Shown: one piece after another, positions 31,531-41,660 of the stretch
Numbering within the stretch: the first letter of the stretch is position 1
How the letters are laid out: the number at the start of each line of letters is the position of its first letter
IMG/VR virus record: IMGVR_UViG_3300024262_004725
Source: an uncultured virus (IMG/VR IMGVR_UViG_3300024262_004725)
Taxonomy: Duplodnaviria > Heunggongvirae > Uroviricota > Caudoviricetes
Strand: one strand, 5' to 3'
Length of the DNA stretch: 64,000 nt
Notes under the pieces: generated by a model
Seen by the model: the letters and a program-made list of their open reading frames with translations, nothing else
Databases searched by the model: none
What the model was told of the DNA's origin: nothing
Translations under genes and position numbers: made by a program

Positions 31531-34500
31531 ATGACCACTGAAGCATCTTTAAGAAAAGAAGAACAACGTAGACATCGAGCAGCAGAGTTAGCTGCTAAAG
31601 ATGCACGTGATGCTAAGAAACATGCAGATGAAGCTAGAGTAGCAGCAGAAGCTATAGCTAAAAAAACAAAAGAAGATGCAGCACGTAAAGCAAGAGAAGA
31701 AGAAGCAAAAGCTCAAGCTAGACGCGATCGTATTGCTGCAGATAACCGTAGAGAATTAAAAGAACGTAAAGCACAAAAAGCAGCAGCAATAGCTGCAACT
31801 AATGCACGTAGAATTAGAGAAAAAAATAATCGCATTAAAGCTGCTAAAGAAGAACGTGAGCGGCAAGAACGAGAAAAACAAGCTAATTCAACTTCTGCAG
31901 ATACCAATCAAAAGCAAAATAGAGAAAACGAAACTCTAAAACAAATTATACATGGTGGCGCAGGTCAACCAGATGAAACTGTTAAAGAGTTATTAGAACG
32001 AACTACAACTCCCCCTAAAGAAAGAACTGCAAAAGAAATTAGAGATGATGCCTTAGCTAGTGCAGCTAAAGCTAAAGCAGAACGTACAGCTAAAGCCGAA
32101 ATAGAACGTAAAGAACGTTTTGAAAGAGATCAAAAGCGACGTGAAGAATTAGGTATAATTGCAGGAGTTCCCTTACTTGATTCAGATATTAAAGAAGAAG
32201 TTAACAGACAAATAAAAGCAGAGAAAGAATTAGATACTGCAAAAGAAGGATCTTTATCAGGTCTTGTTGATAAAGGTATAGATGAAGATATTACAAGTTC
32301 TTTAAAAGCAGAAACTAATATTGAATTACGTGAACAAGAAATAACTCTTAAGGATGCAGTAGCAGATGCAGTTGCTCAAGGTTTTGAAATTGGAGAAAAT
32401 GTAACTGCAGAAACTATTCGAGAAGTATTAAAAGAACATGCTCAAAGTAAAGCTTTTGGTAATTTAGGTGAAGGTGAGCTTGAAACATTAATTCATGCAG
32501 AAGCAGAACGTCAAGGTAAAGAACTTACTCAATCTAAAGCATTCAATAGAAATACTACAGGTCAAGGAGAAACTTCACCTGAGCAAGAAGCTTTAGAAGA
32601 TCAAATTCAAGGATTAGCAAAAGCTAAAAGAGATTTTGAACAAAACCTTGGACAATCTAAAGCATTAGTTGGAGAGGGTGAAATCTCTGCTTTTGATAAT
32701 GTTTTATTTGAAGGAGAAACTGCACCTCAAGTAACTGCATCTAGTGCAATTAGCGCTGGTGGATTTATTCCTTCAAAAGCTGGAGATAATAGTTCAGTTG
32801 ATACTTTAGTTTCAACATCAGCACAAGAAATTGATAGACCAGTTCTTAATGCTGCAGGCGAACAAGTATCAACTGAAAAAGGTTTAATGGTTCCTACATC
32901 TACTGGTGGTGTAATCTTTATTCCTGAAGGACAATATACAAAGTCAACAAAAGGTAAAGAACGTTTCTTTGTAAAACTTCCTGAATCTCAACAAAAAGCT
33001 TTTAAAGATGATCAAAGAAAAGTTATACAACAAGGTAATTTAGCAACTGCTCCAGGTAAAATAATTGGTGCAATTTCAGCAGCAGGTGAAACTACTGTTG
33101 GAGGTGCATTATTTGTTGGTTCTACAATTCCTGGTACACAAGAAAATATAAGTGCATTAAAGAATTTTAGAGAGAATTTTGATAAAGCTCGTGCAGAAGG
33201 TGGAAGTGTAGCAGGAGCATTAAGAAAAGCAGAACAAGAAACTCAATTACCTCGTGGTGTTAAGTTTGGTTTAGAAGCTGTATTAGATCCAACTGTTTTA
33301 CTTTCTGGTGGTACTATTGCATTAGTAAAGACTGGTGCAGCTGGAGGAATAAAAGCAGGTGTTTCTAAAGGCGTAAGAGTTACAGCCAAAAGTATTGCTT
33401 CTGATGCAATTCCTGAACGTCAAATTGGAGAAGTTTTTCAAGACTTAGGATCAGCTGCATTACGCAGAACTTCTAGTGGACTTTCTGGACTAAAAACTAC
33501 AGCGACTACAAGAGTAGGTACTACTGCTAAAAGTATTTCAGATAAAGCTGCTATAATTACAGGACGTCAACCTGGTAGTAGAAAATTAATTGCAAGAGAA
33601 ATTGAACCAGGAATTACGCAATTACAACCTGCATCAATAAGAGAAATAGTATTAGAAAAAATTGGTACTAGTTCTTCTCTTATTGGAAATAAGGGTGCTG
33701 CAGGTACTTTTAAAACAAGTAGAATTATAAAAGCTAGTGTAACTAAACCAACTATTGCGATTGGAAAAGGTATTGCAGATACTTTACCTGCTCAAGCAAT
33801 AAGTAAAACTGTTAAAGTTGGAATTAAAGGTGCACGTTCTACACCTAAATTAATTAGGCAAGCAAAACATGGTCTTACAGAAAAAACAATCCGACGAAAT
33901 GCTATTCTTGAAGCTAAAGCATTAGGTATAGATGCAGGTTCAGATTTACATGCCTCAGTAGTTTCAGAATTAGTCAGTAGTGCATTAGAAGCAGCAGGTC
34001 GTGGAGTTAAAGCTAAAGCAATTACTACTTCTCGTAAACTTAAATTAGGAACTAAATCTAAAGGATCATCTGTAGTAAGAAAAGGTATTGATCCTGTTAC
34101 TGGATTACGAAAAATAACTTCTCCAATAACATCACCTGCTAAGAAATTATTGGCTCTTACTAAATCAACTGCTAAGAAAACGTTAGATGTAGAAGCTAGA
34201 GTAAAGAACTTAGACGATTCTATTAAGAATTCTGAAAGTAAGTTAGCTGCTACTCGTAAACAATTAAGAGAATTTAAAGAAAAAGGAGTTACTGGGCCTA
34301 GAGCTGAAAGATTTGAAGCTACTGCAGTTAAAAGAATTGATAGTTTAGAAACTGATATTGCTAAATTTGCACAAAGACGTTCAGATGAATTAATTTCATT
34401 AGATGAACTCTCCTTTAGTCGTTCTTTATTAGATGATAAAGGAGATGACTTTATAAAAGAAGGCTTCTTAGATACTTCTACCTTTAAATCAGTTACTCCA

Positions 34501-35922
34501 CGTCAAAATATAACAGATGATTTAATTAGAAAAGCAGATGATGTATTAGCAAGACGACCTGCACGACCTTCAAAAGCAAGTAATATTGTTAATGCTCGCG
34601 GTATTTCTAAAATTAATGAAATGTTTGATGGTAGTTTAGCTCGTAAAGTAGATGATACTTTAGATGAAGCTGTAGGTAGTGTAACTAGTGTAACTCCTGC
34701 AAGAAGTGTATTACCTCCAGTAGGTGTATTAGCTCCAGAAAGAATTTTTGCTCCAGAAAGAAAATTACCTCCAGTAAGAACAATACCTAGGCCTAAAATT
34801 AAACCTGTTATTTTTCCAGAACCTTTTCCTATAAAATTACCTCCAGCAAAACCTGATCCTGAACCTTTCCTAATACCTATACCTGGGCCAGTTGAGCCAA
34901 GAATTAAAATTAAGCCTGGAGTTTTAGATAGATTAAAAACTAAGCATCCTCCTTTTCCTAAATTAATTTCTCAACCTATAACAAGTCCAATTAATCCTAG
35001 TCCTATTGGGGGAGATGTAACACCTCCAGATACTAAAGGTGCAACTACAGGTTTTCCTACAACTATTGTAAAAACTGATTTTGGAACTGGAACAATAACT
35101 ACAACAGGTAATGGAACTTCAGGACAAACAACTGGAGGTGGAGGAAGTACAGGAGATTCTGGAAGTTCAGGAAGTACTGGAACAGATACAGGAGTTGATA
35201 CAGATACAGGAATAGAAATAGATCCTCAACCAGGACCTGTTGTTATACCTCCTCCAGAAACTATACCTCCACCTGAAGTTGTTCCACCACCTATTGAAGA
35301 AGTTATTCCTCCACCTGAAACAATTCCACCTCCTGAAACAGTACCTCCACCAGTAGAAGAAGGAGATCCTCCACCACAAGAAGATCCACCACCAGTTGAA
35401 GAAATAGATAAAATAATTGAAGAAGATCCTCCTCCACCTCCTCAGGAAGATCCACCACCAGATGAAGGTATATTACCTGCTACAGGTGTATTACCTGAAA
35501 TTATACCTGAGATAATTCCAGAAACAGCAAAGAATAAAAATAAATCTTTACTTATTGATTTAGATGATGATGATAGTAATCATTCTAATCGTAGAAGAAG
35601 AATTACTAATTTACAAGCTGTAAAATTATTCCGTAATGTTACTGGAACTAAAGCTCAATGGACATTAGTAGAAAGAGTACGTCAAGGACCTCGTAGTGGA
35701 TTTAAGTTTATTGATAGTTGGGGATCTTTTAATAAAACTCAATTAATTAGTTCTGGTAATATAAATTCAAAAGCTAAAAATATTTTAAATAGCATTTTCT
35801 CAAAACAAGGAGATCATCCATCTAATGGTGAAGATTTAATCTTAGCATTAATTGCTACTGGTCAAATTCAACCTAATGAAATTGACATGGTTCTTCCTTG
35901 GCCAGTGAAAGTAAGTATATGA
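31531..35922 (+). CDS. Large (1463 aa) coiled-coil and Pro-rich protein, probably virion-associated
   Basis: E/K/R/A-rich N-terminal helix, Gly/Ala-rich middle, and PPPE/EDPPP repeats near the C-terminus. Confidence 0.75.
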   Translation: MTTEASLRKEEQRRHRAAELAAKDARDAKKHADEARVAAEAIAKKTKEDAARKAREEEAKAQARRDRIAADNRRELKERKAQKAAAIAATNARRIREKNNRIKAAKEERERQEREKQANSTSADTNQKQNRENETLKQIIHGGAGQPDETVKELLERTTTPPKERTAKEIRDDALASAAKAKAERTAKAEIERKERFERDQKRREELGIIAGVPLLDSDIKEEVNRQIKAEKELDTAKEGSLSGLVDKGIDEDITSSLKAETNIELREQEITLKDAVADAVAQGFEIGENVTAETIREVLKEHAQSKAFGNLGEGELETLIHAEAERQGKELTQSKAFNRNTTGQGETSPEQEALEDQIQGLAKAKRDFEQNLGQSKALVGEGEISAFDNVLFEGETAPQVTASSAISAGGFIPSKAGDNSSVDTLVSTSAQEIDRPVLNAAGEQVSTEKGLMVPTSTGGVIFIPEGQYTKSTKGKERFFVKLPESQQKAFKDDQRKVIQQGNLATAPGKIIGAISAAGETTVGGALFVGSTIPGTQENISALKNFRENFDKARAEGGSVAGALRKAEQETQLPRGVKFGLEAVLDPTVLLSGGTIALVKTGAAGGIKAGVSKGVRVTAKSIASDAIPERQIGEVFQDLGSAALRRTSSGLSGLKTTATTRVGTTAKSISDKAAIITGRQPGSRKLIAREIEPGITQLQPASIREIVLEKIGTSSSLIGNKGAAGTFKTSRIIKASVTKPTIAIGKGIADTLPAQAISKTVKVGIKGARSTPKLIRQAKHGLTEKTIRRNAILEAKALGIDAGSDLHASVVSELVSSALEAAGRGVKAKAITTSRKLKLGTKSKGSSVVRKGIDPVTGLRKITSPITSPAKKLLALTKSTAKKTLDVEARVKNLDDSIKNSESKLAATRKQLREFKEKGVTGPRAERFEATAVKRIDSLETDIAKFAQRRSDELISLDELSFSRSLLDDKGDDFIKEGFLDTSTFKSVTPRQNITDDLIRKADDVLARRPARPSKASNIVNARGISKINEMFDGSLARKVDDTLDEAVGSVTSVTPARSVLPPVGVLAPERIFAPERKLPPVRTIPRPKIKPVIFPEPFPIKLPPAKPDPEPFLIPIPGPVEPRIKIKPGVLDRLKTKHPPFPKLISQPITSPINPSPIGGDVTPPDTKGATTGFPTTIVKTDFGTGTITTTGNGTSGQTTGGGGSTGDSGSSGSTGTDTGVDTDTGIEIDPQPGPVVIPPPETIPPPEVVPPPIEEVIPPPETIPPPETVPPPVEEGDPPPQEDPPPVEEIDKIIEEDPPPPPQEDPPPDEGILPATGVLPEIIPEIIPETAKNKNKSLLIDLDDDDSNHSNRRRRITNLQAVKLFRNVTGTKAQWTLVERVRQGPRSGFKFIDSWGSFNKTQLISSGNINSKAKNILNSIFSKQGDHPSNGEDLILALIATGQIQPNEIDMVLPWPVKVSI

Positions 35923-36950
35923 AAAAAAGATTAACATTAATACTATTCATTATAGTATTTGCAATAATAACTTCTCCAGGAATGTTTCAACAACCCAAAG
36001 CGCATGCTGCAATAGCTTCAGTTCCAAGTAGTATGCTAGTAATTGGTACAGAAACATATGCTTTTAGACATATTCTAGAAACTGATGATGCACTATTTAT
36101 GGCTCCTTATTATATAAATAGTGATGATTGGGTAGGATATGATGGTATAGATATAATTGCTCAATTAGAAAATCATAGTGGAACAATAATAAAGCAAAAA
36201 ACATTAGAACATCTTGATGGTGGAATTATTGGATTTTATATTAATAATTCTGAATTTGCTGCAAATTTTACTTGGCCAGGAAGTGAAAATGCAAGAATAA
36301 TTCTTAGAGCTAATCCAGCAGTTTTTTTAGCTGATCCTTCAATAGATAATACAGGAGATCAAGGTTTAGTTGATGCAACAAAAGAAGGTACAGGATCTAA
36401 TGATGAATGGATAGGCACTGACAATCATTCAGATACTGTAGATGATATGAGATCTAGATTACCTGGAATGTTAAATGCATTAGGTAACGAAGATAGTATT
36501 GATTATTTAGAAGGAGATAAAATAAATCTTGCAGGTGGAGGCTTAATTGTAGAAGCTTTTACATGGATTGTAACTATTGCACCTGAAGCATTTATTCTTG
36601 GTAGTTTAACATTAAATCCTGACTTTAGTGCAACAGGAACAATTGCTTTACAACTTGAATTAGATAGTTTAGATAATACTGCTATAGATTCAGTTACTGG
36701 ACTAGCTACCGGTTTAGGATTTAATCCTTCTATATTTGGTTTAATTGTTATTATTTTAATTAGTGCTCCTGTTATTCTAATGTTAAGAAATATTACAGAG
36801 GATAATGCATTTGCTTTCGCTTCAATAAGCGGTTTACTTGTTTGGTGGACGTCATTAGGTTTACTTTCTGTAGCATTAATAATGACAATATCACTAATAC
36901 TATTTGCAATTCTCGGTATATGGTTATGGAATAGAATACCTACAGGTTAA
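35898..36950 (+). CDS. Secreted, membrane-anchored protein (signal peptide plus C-terminal TM helices)
   Basis: MKKRLTLILFIIVFAII...AHA signal peptide (likely start at the second Met), acidic ectodomain, about 3 C-terminal TM segments. Confidence 0.75.
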   Translation: MASESKYMKKRLTLILFIIVFAIITSPGMFQQPKAHAAIASVPSSMLVIGTETYAFRHILETDDALFMAPYYINSDDWVGYDGIDIIAQLENHSGTIIKQKTLEHLDGGIIGFYINNSEFAANFTWPGSENARIILRANPAVFLADPSIDNTGDQGLVDATKEGTGSNDEWIGTDNHSDTVDDMRSRLPGMLNALGNEDSIDYLEGDKINLAGGGLIVEAFTWIVTIAPEAFILGSLTLNPDFSATGTIALQLELDSLDNTAIDSVTGLATGLGFNPSIFGLIVIILISAPVILMLRNITEDNAFAFASISGLLVWWTSLGLLSVALIMTISLILFAILGIWLWNRIPTG

Positions 36951-36961
36951 AGGAATTTATT

Positions 36962-37207
36962 ATGCCAGAAATTTTTACAACTAAAAAATTAATAGGAATA
37001 GTAGAAAGTGATGAAAACTTTTCAGATTTTATTACTCGTTTATCTAAAATGTCAACAAAAGAATTAGGTAAGCTCGTAGGAGCTACTATGATGTTTGACT
37101 TACAATTAGGTATGCAAATACAAACACCAGTACAAAAAGAATTTGTTAGAAAAAATTTAATGTTAATGAAAGAAGCTAAAAATATTTTAGAAGAACGAAG
37201 GAGTTAA
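36962..37207 (+). CDS. Small helical protein, paralog of 37210-37458
   Basis: Shares RLSKMSTKELGKL with the next gene. Confidence 0.7.
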   Translation: MPEIFTTKKLIGIVESDENFSDFITRLSKMSTKELGKLVGATMMFDLQLGMQIQTPVQKEFVRKNLMLMKEAKNILEERRS

Positions 37208-37209
37208 TT

Positions 37210-37458
37210 ATGCCCGAAAATTTTAGTCAAGCTAAGATTTTTGACATCTTAGAAGATGAAAATAAATATGCAGATTTTGTTGATAGACTTTCAAAAATGT
37301 CAACAAAAGAATTAGGCAAATTACATCAAGAATTAAATAAATTCATTTTTGCTATTATTCAAGCATATCAATCACCTAAAATTATAGCTATGGATAAAAG
37401 ATTAAAAGAATTATTAGAAGAAGTTCGTAATTTATCAATAGAAAGAAATTCTAACTAA
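37210..37458 (+). CDS. Small helical protein, paralog of 36962-37207
   Basis: Shares RLSKMSTKELGKL with the previous gene. Confidence 0.7.
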   Translation: MPENFSQAKIFDILEDENKYADFVDRLSKMSTKELGKLHQELNKFIFAIIQAYQSPKIIAMDKRLKELLEEVRNLSIERNSN

Positions 37459-37970
37459 AAATGGCATTTAGCCCTCGTATGGTTTCTAGATTAGATAATG
37501 ATGAGCTATTAGATTTTCTTGAACTTTGGGTAAAAGAAAATAATAAAGCTAGAAATTCTAATCCTAATAGACTTTCACCTGTTTTGATGGTGGATATTGG
37601 TGAAGGTTTAAAAAAGGAAATTGCGAAAAGAATAAAACGGGGGTCATTACGTAGGGTTGACATTTCTAATAGATTAAAGTAAACTATCAGCGGAGCAGTT
37701 ATACTATTTTTGCAAATAGTTAAAGAGTAAAAATTAATGCAAAATCAAGGATCTAATTTTTTAATAACAATGATGCTAAATAAAGAAGCACCTGCTGGGA
37801 TCTCTCAAGAATCAATTGATCAATTAGCACATATATATACCACATCACCAATTGAAGAACTCCAAGCAGAAGAAACAAAATTAAACAATGAAAATCCTAA
37901 TAGTTTATCTGCAATATTATTAGGCCGTGCAATTAGAATTCGAAAAAATGATAGTCAGAGAGAATTTTAA

Positions 37971-40391
37971 ATGACGATTAGTACAAAACTTTGGGCAATA
38001 ACATTAATAGTTATAGCTTTAACATTAGGTTTATACTCTAGTGTTTTTGCAGACCCTGGAGACTATGATGTAGAAGGTCGTACTATCATTCTAGATGGCG
38101 ATGATGATACTTCTATTGGAGCTACTACAGATGATATAATTACATTTGATGTTAGCGGAACTACAATAGTTACTTTAAGTACAACAACGCTAACTGTAGG
38201 TGTTAATACTTTTCAATTAAATCCATCTACTAATCCAAGTATATTAGGTGCAGATGCAGATGGAGTATTAACTATTTCATCTAATTCTAGTACAACTGGT
38301 GGAAATATTAGATTATTTGGAAATACACATTCTACACAAGCCTATGATTTTGAATATAGAACAAATACTACAGTAAAATTTGATTTTGATGATAGCTCTA
38401 ATATCTTTTCATATGCCCCAGGAATAGCTTTAATTGTAGGATCTTCAAATCAAGATGAACCAGTTTCAGGAATAACTCCTAAGTTTCAATTTTTAGGCAC
38501 AGATAATAATACTAGTTGGGCAACAATGGGACGTTGGTCAGCAGATCCTAGAGGTCCATCTTTAGTATTTATAAAAGGTAGAGATCCTAATATTAGTGGT
38601 ATTGATAGTGTAGCAGATGGAGATATATTAGGTATTCAACGTTGGTATGCAGAAGATGGAGCAAATTTTCCAACTCCTGCAGCTACTTTTTTTGCAGTTG
38701 TAGACGATTCTACACCTTCTGATGGCTCAATAGGAACTTCTTTTATTTTTAATGTAGATAATGGTGCTGGAGGGGGTTTAAGTACAATATTAAAATTAAA
38801 ACCTAAAGGTACATTAGAAATAACAAATAATGATACGGATGGAGATGCATTAGCATTAGCTCTACAAAATGAACAATCAGTAGGATCTGATAATGATAAT
38901 TTAGAACTTCGTTTTGAAATGCAAGATAATGATGGAGGTGTAATTGATTTTGTAGGTTCTCTTGAATATTTATGGAGATCAGCTGGTGCAGGTTCTGAAG
39001 ATTCAACAGGTAGAGTATATTACAGAAGATCAGGTGCGCAAGAACTTGCATTAGATTTTGGAACAATTGATAGTTCAGGAAATCGTGCTTTTAAAGTTAA
39101 TCCATCATCTCTAGATAATGATTTTATTGTTAATACTTCTGGTGGTGTAGCATTTGATATTACAGGAAATACTGGAATTGCTAATTTTAATGCTAATGCA
39201 GTAAATAATATAGGAAGTGTAAATACTGATATTGATAGTGATGATTTTGATTTAGATCAGAATCTTTATCAAACTATTCAACATGAAATTATTCAGCCTA
39301 TTGGGGCTGAAATGTATACAGAATCTAATGCTGCAAATGCCAGTTCTGAAACAAATTCAACAGGTAGCTGGACTACAAATGTTGACGCACTCTTATCTTC
39401 AGATAATACTATATTCTATGATGGTTCTTATTCAATTAAAATGCAGGCTACAGGAAATAACGGACGTACTAACTGGGGTTTTTCTGTAACAAGTGGTTAT
39501 GAATATCATATTTCTTTTTGGCTGTATGTTACAATTAATAATGCACGTCTAGGTATTTATGAATCGCCTACTTCAGTTGGTAGTCTATTTAATTTTGGAG
39601 ATGAAAGCGGTACAGTAGTAGCAGAATCAGTTTGGAAATATTATTCGGGAGTAGTTACTGCACATGAAACAGGAACAAGGTATGTAAGATTTGAAGAATA
39701 TAGTCCTAGCGACAATACTATTCTATACATTGATGATTTCAATATTGAACAAGTAAGTACTGTAGAAATTGGGGATCTTGAAGTTGATGGTAATATAAGA
39801 CTCCAACAAGGAGATCTTCGTCTAGATGAAGATGGATCAAATATCTGGTTTGGAGAATATGGTAACGCTGCTATTTATTATACTGATGATTTAGATGCTT
39901 TAGTAATTGATGTAACAACAGGTGATTTAGATGTAGAATCTGATAACGTCACTATGAATGCTAATCAAGTAGCTTTCAATGTTGATACTCATTTAAATAT
40001 GGATGATTCAGATATTGTTAATAATTTCTATTCTTATGATGAAGTATCTACATTAGCTGGATCAGAATCAGTATCTCAATATTTCAGTACTACAGATGGT
40101 ATGAATTTTTATACTGTTTGGGTTTTAACTGTAGACCAAGGTAATGTAAATGGCGCTAGTTTTAAACATGGATGGGTAGGTGGATTTAATAATGGAGGTA
40201 GTTTAACATCTGCATTAAGTGGAACTTATGCTAGTGGAGGAACTGAAGCTGCTGATATTGGAATAACCCTTTTTGCAGTTGATAGTGATACTTTAAGAGT
40301 TACCATAACAAATAATGGATCGGATCCATGGGCTACTACTGCTGTTTATTATGAAGCCCGTGCAACTCGTACAGCTCCACTTCTCGATTAA
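37971..40391 (+). CDS. Secreted beta-rich fibre/adhesin-like protein with carbohydrate-binding-like domain
   Basis: Signal peptide ending VFA; D/T/S/G-rich; segment YDGSYSIKM...YHISFW...LYIDDF. Confidence 0.65.
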   Translation: MTISTKLWAITLIVIALTLGLYSSVFADPGDYDVEGRTIILDGDDDTSIGATTDDIITFDVSGTTIVTLSTTTLTVGVNTFQLNPSTNPSILGADADGVLTISSNSSTTGGNIRLFGNTHSTQAYDFEYRTNTTVKFDFDDSSNIFSYAPGIALIVGSSNQDEPVSGITPKFQFLGTDNNTSWATMGRWSADPRGPSLVFIKGRDPNISGIDSVADGDILGIQRWYAEDGANFPTPAATFFAVVDDSTPSDGSIGTSFIFNVDNGAGGGLSTILKLKPKGTLEITNNDTDGDALALALQNEQSVGSDNDNLELRFEMQDNDGGVIDFVGSLEYLWRSAGAGSEDSTGRVYYRRSGAQELALDFGTIDSSGNRAFKVNPSSLDNDFIVNTSGGVAFDITGNTGIANFNANAVNNIGSVNTDIDSDDFDLDQNLYQTIQHEIIQPIGAEMYTESNAANASSETNSTGSWTTNVDALLSSDNTIFYDGSYSIKMQATGNNGRTNWGFSVTSGYEYHISFWLYVTINNARLGIYESPTSVGSLFNFGDESGTVVAESVWKYYSGVVTAHETGTRYVRFEEYSPSDNTILYIDDFNIEQVSTVEIGDLEVDGNIRLQQGDLRLDEDGSNIWFGEYGNAAIYYTDDLDALVIDVTTGDLDVESDNVTMNANQVAFNVDTHLNMDDSDIVNNFYSYDEVSTLAGSESVSQYFSTTDGMNFYTVWVLTVDQGNVNGASFKHGWVGGFNNGGSLTSALSGTYASGGTEAADIGITLFAVDSDTLRVTITNNGSDPWATTAVYYEARATRTAPLLD

Positions 40392-40427
40392 TTCATAATA
40401 TAGTATTTTAGCTTGGAGGCTAACTAA

Positions 40428-41078
40428 ATGACAAAAGATTTTCACATTCAACTTAATTTTAGATATTTTTTAATATTAGGCATTATTGGAGTATTATTAA
40501 TTGCAGTTACTTCACTTGCATTAGCTGGTTCAAGTCCAGCAACACAAGATGAAATAATTACAGTAAATATTAATCCAGTTCCTCAATCTGATATTAATTC
40601 AGAAATAGTTGCAGAAATTTTACCTGCACCAGTAACACTTAAAATTGACACTGCTAGCATTCAATCCACAAGAGAAGCAGCATCATTAGGTCAATTAGCT
40701 TTTAGAGAAATATTAACTAATCTTGAAATTTTTCAAGAAGGTCAGATAGAAGGGATTGTATTAAATAGCGAACAAATTTTAAATATTAGAAATAATGTAT
40801 TTAAAAATATTAATATTGTAGAGCAACGTCTTATTGATTTAAAAACTAATTTAGATGTTTCTCCAGAACAATTAAGTACTGCAGCAATAAATTTTCCAGT
40901 AGATGATATTCTTTATAAAAATGAAATAGAAGCTACTGCAATTGTTATAGAAGCTACTGAAACAGCTATAGCAGCTACTCAACAAGCAGAATTAGACGCA
41001 ACAGCTACAGCATTAGCATTAATACCAACAGAAATACACCCAGCTACTAGTACACAAAAATCTACGTTAAGTCCATAA
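40428..41078 (+). CDS. Membrane-anchored/secreted hypothetical protein
   Basis: N-terminal TM/signal segment and AT-repeat-like tail (ATETAIAAT, ATATALA). Confidence 0.6.
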   Translation: MTKDFHIQLNFRYFLILGIIGVLLIAVTSLALAGSSPATQDEIITVNINPVPQSDINSEIVAEILPAPVTLKIDTASIQSTREAASLGQLAFREILTNLEIFQEGQIEGIVLNSEQILNIRNNVFKNINIVEQRLIDLKTNLDVSPEQLSTAAINFPVDDILYKNEIEATAIVIEATETAIAATQQAELDATATALALIPTEIHPATSTQKSTLSP

Positions 41079-41099
41079 TAAAAAAAATAGGTATATAAA

Positions 41100-41393
41100 T
41101 TGAAAAATATTTTATCAATAATCATTCTTAGTATTATAACTATTATAACTTTTACATTATTAACTCTTAAAGGTGGATTCCCATTAGTAAGAGCAGACGT
41201 AATAGAAGGATCAGCTACTGGAGAAGATGGAGTAGCCCAGGAAGTTAGTATAATTGCATTTAATGGATTTCATGTATTAAATATAGTATACAGTTCCTTA
41301 ATTGCAATTTTCATTGGATTAGTTTCCAATTTTGGCCTTAAAGAAATTTATGCAGCAATTCTTAAAGATGTTGCAAATAGGAGAAAAGATTAA
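41100..41393 (+). CDS. Small two-TM protein (possible minor virion protein)
   Basis: Two hydrophobic segments and a basic C-terminus. Confidence 0.5.
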   Translation: MKNILSIIILSIITIITFTLLTLKGGFPLVRADVIEGSATGEDGVAQEVSIIAFNGFHVLNIVYSSLIAIFIGLVSNFGLKEIYAAILKDVANRRKD

Positions 41394-41660
41394 ATGCCTA
41401 CAGTACAAGTAGCAATGTCAAATGAAGCTTTAGATAATGTTCAGGAATCTGCTAATCGTTTAAATGGATCAGAGATTCAATCATTTCCTCTTGCTGAGGA
41501 TAAAGGAATTGAAGTAGATTTTAGTTTTGAAGATACAGTAATAGCTTCTAGATTTAGAATGTCAGTTTCAAGAATTCCAGGCGTTATTAATGCTGATTTT
41601 GTTCGACCTGAAAATATTGGCGGCTTCAACGCTTAATTAAATAACTCTTTAGGAGTTAAT

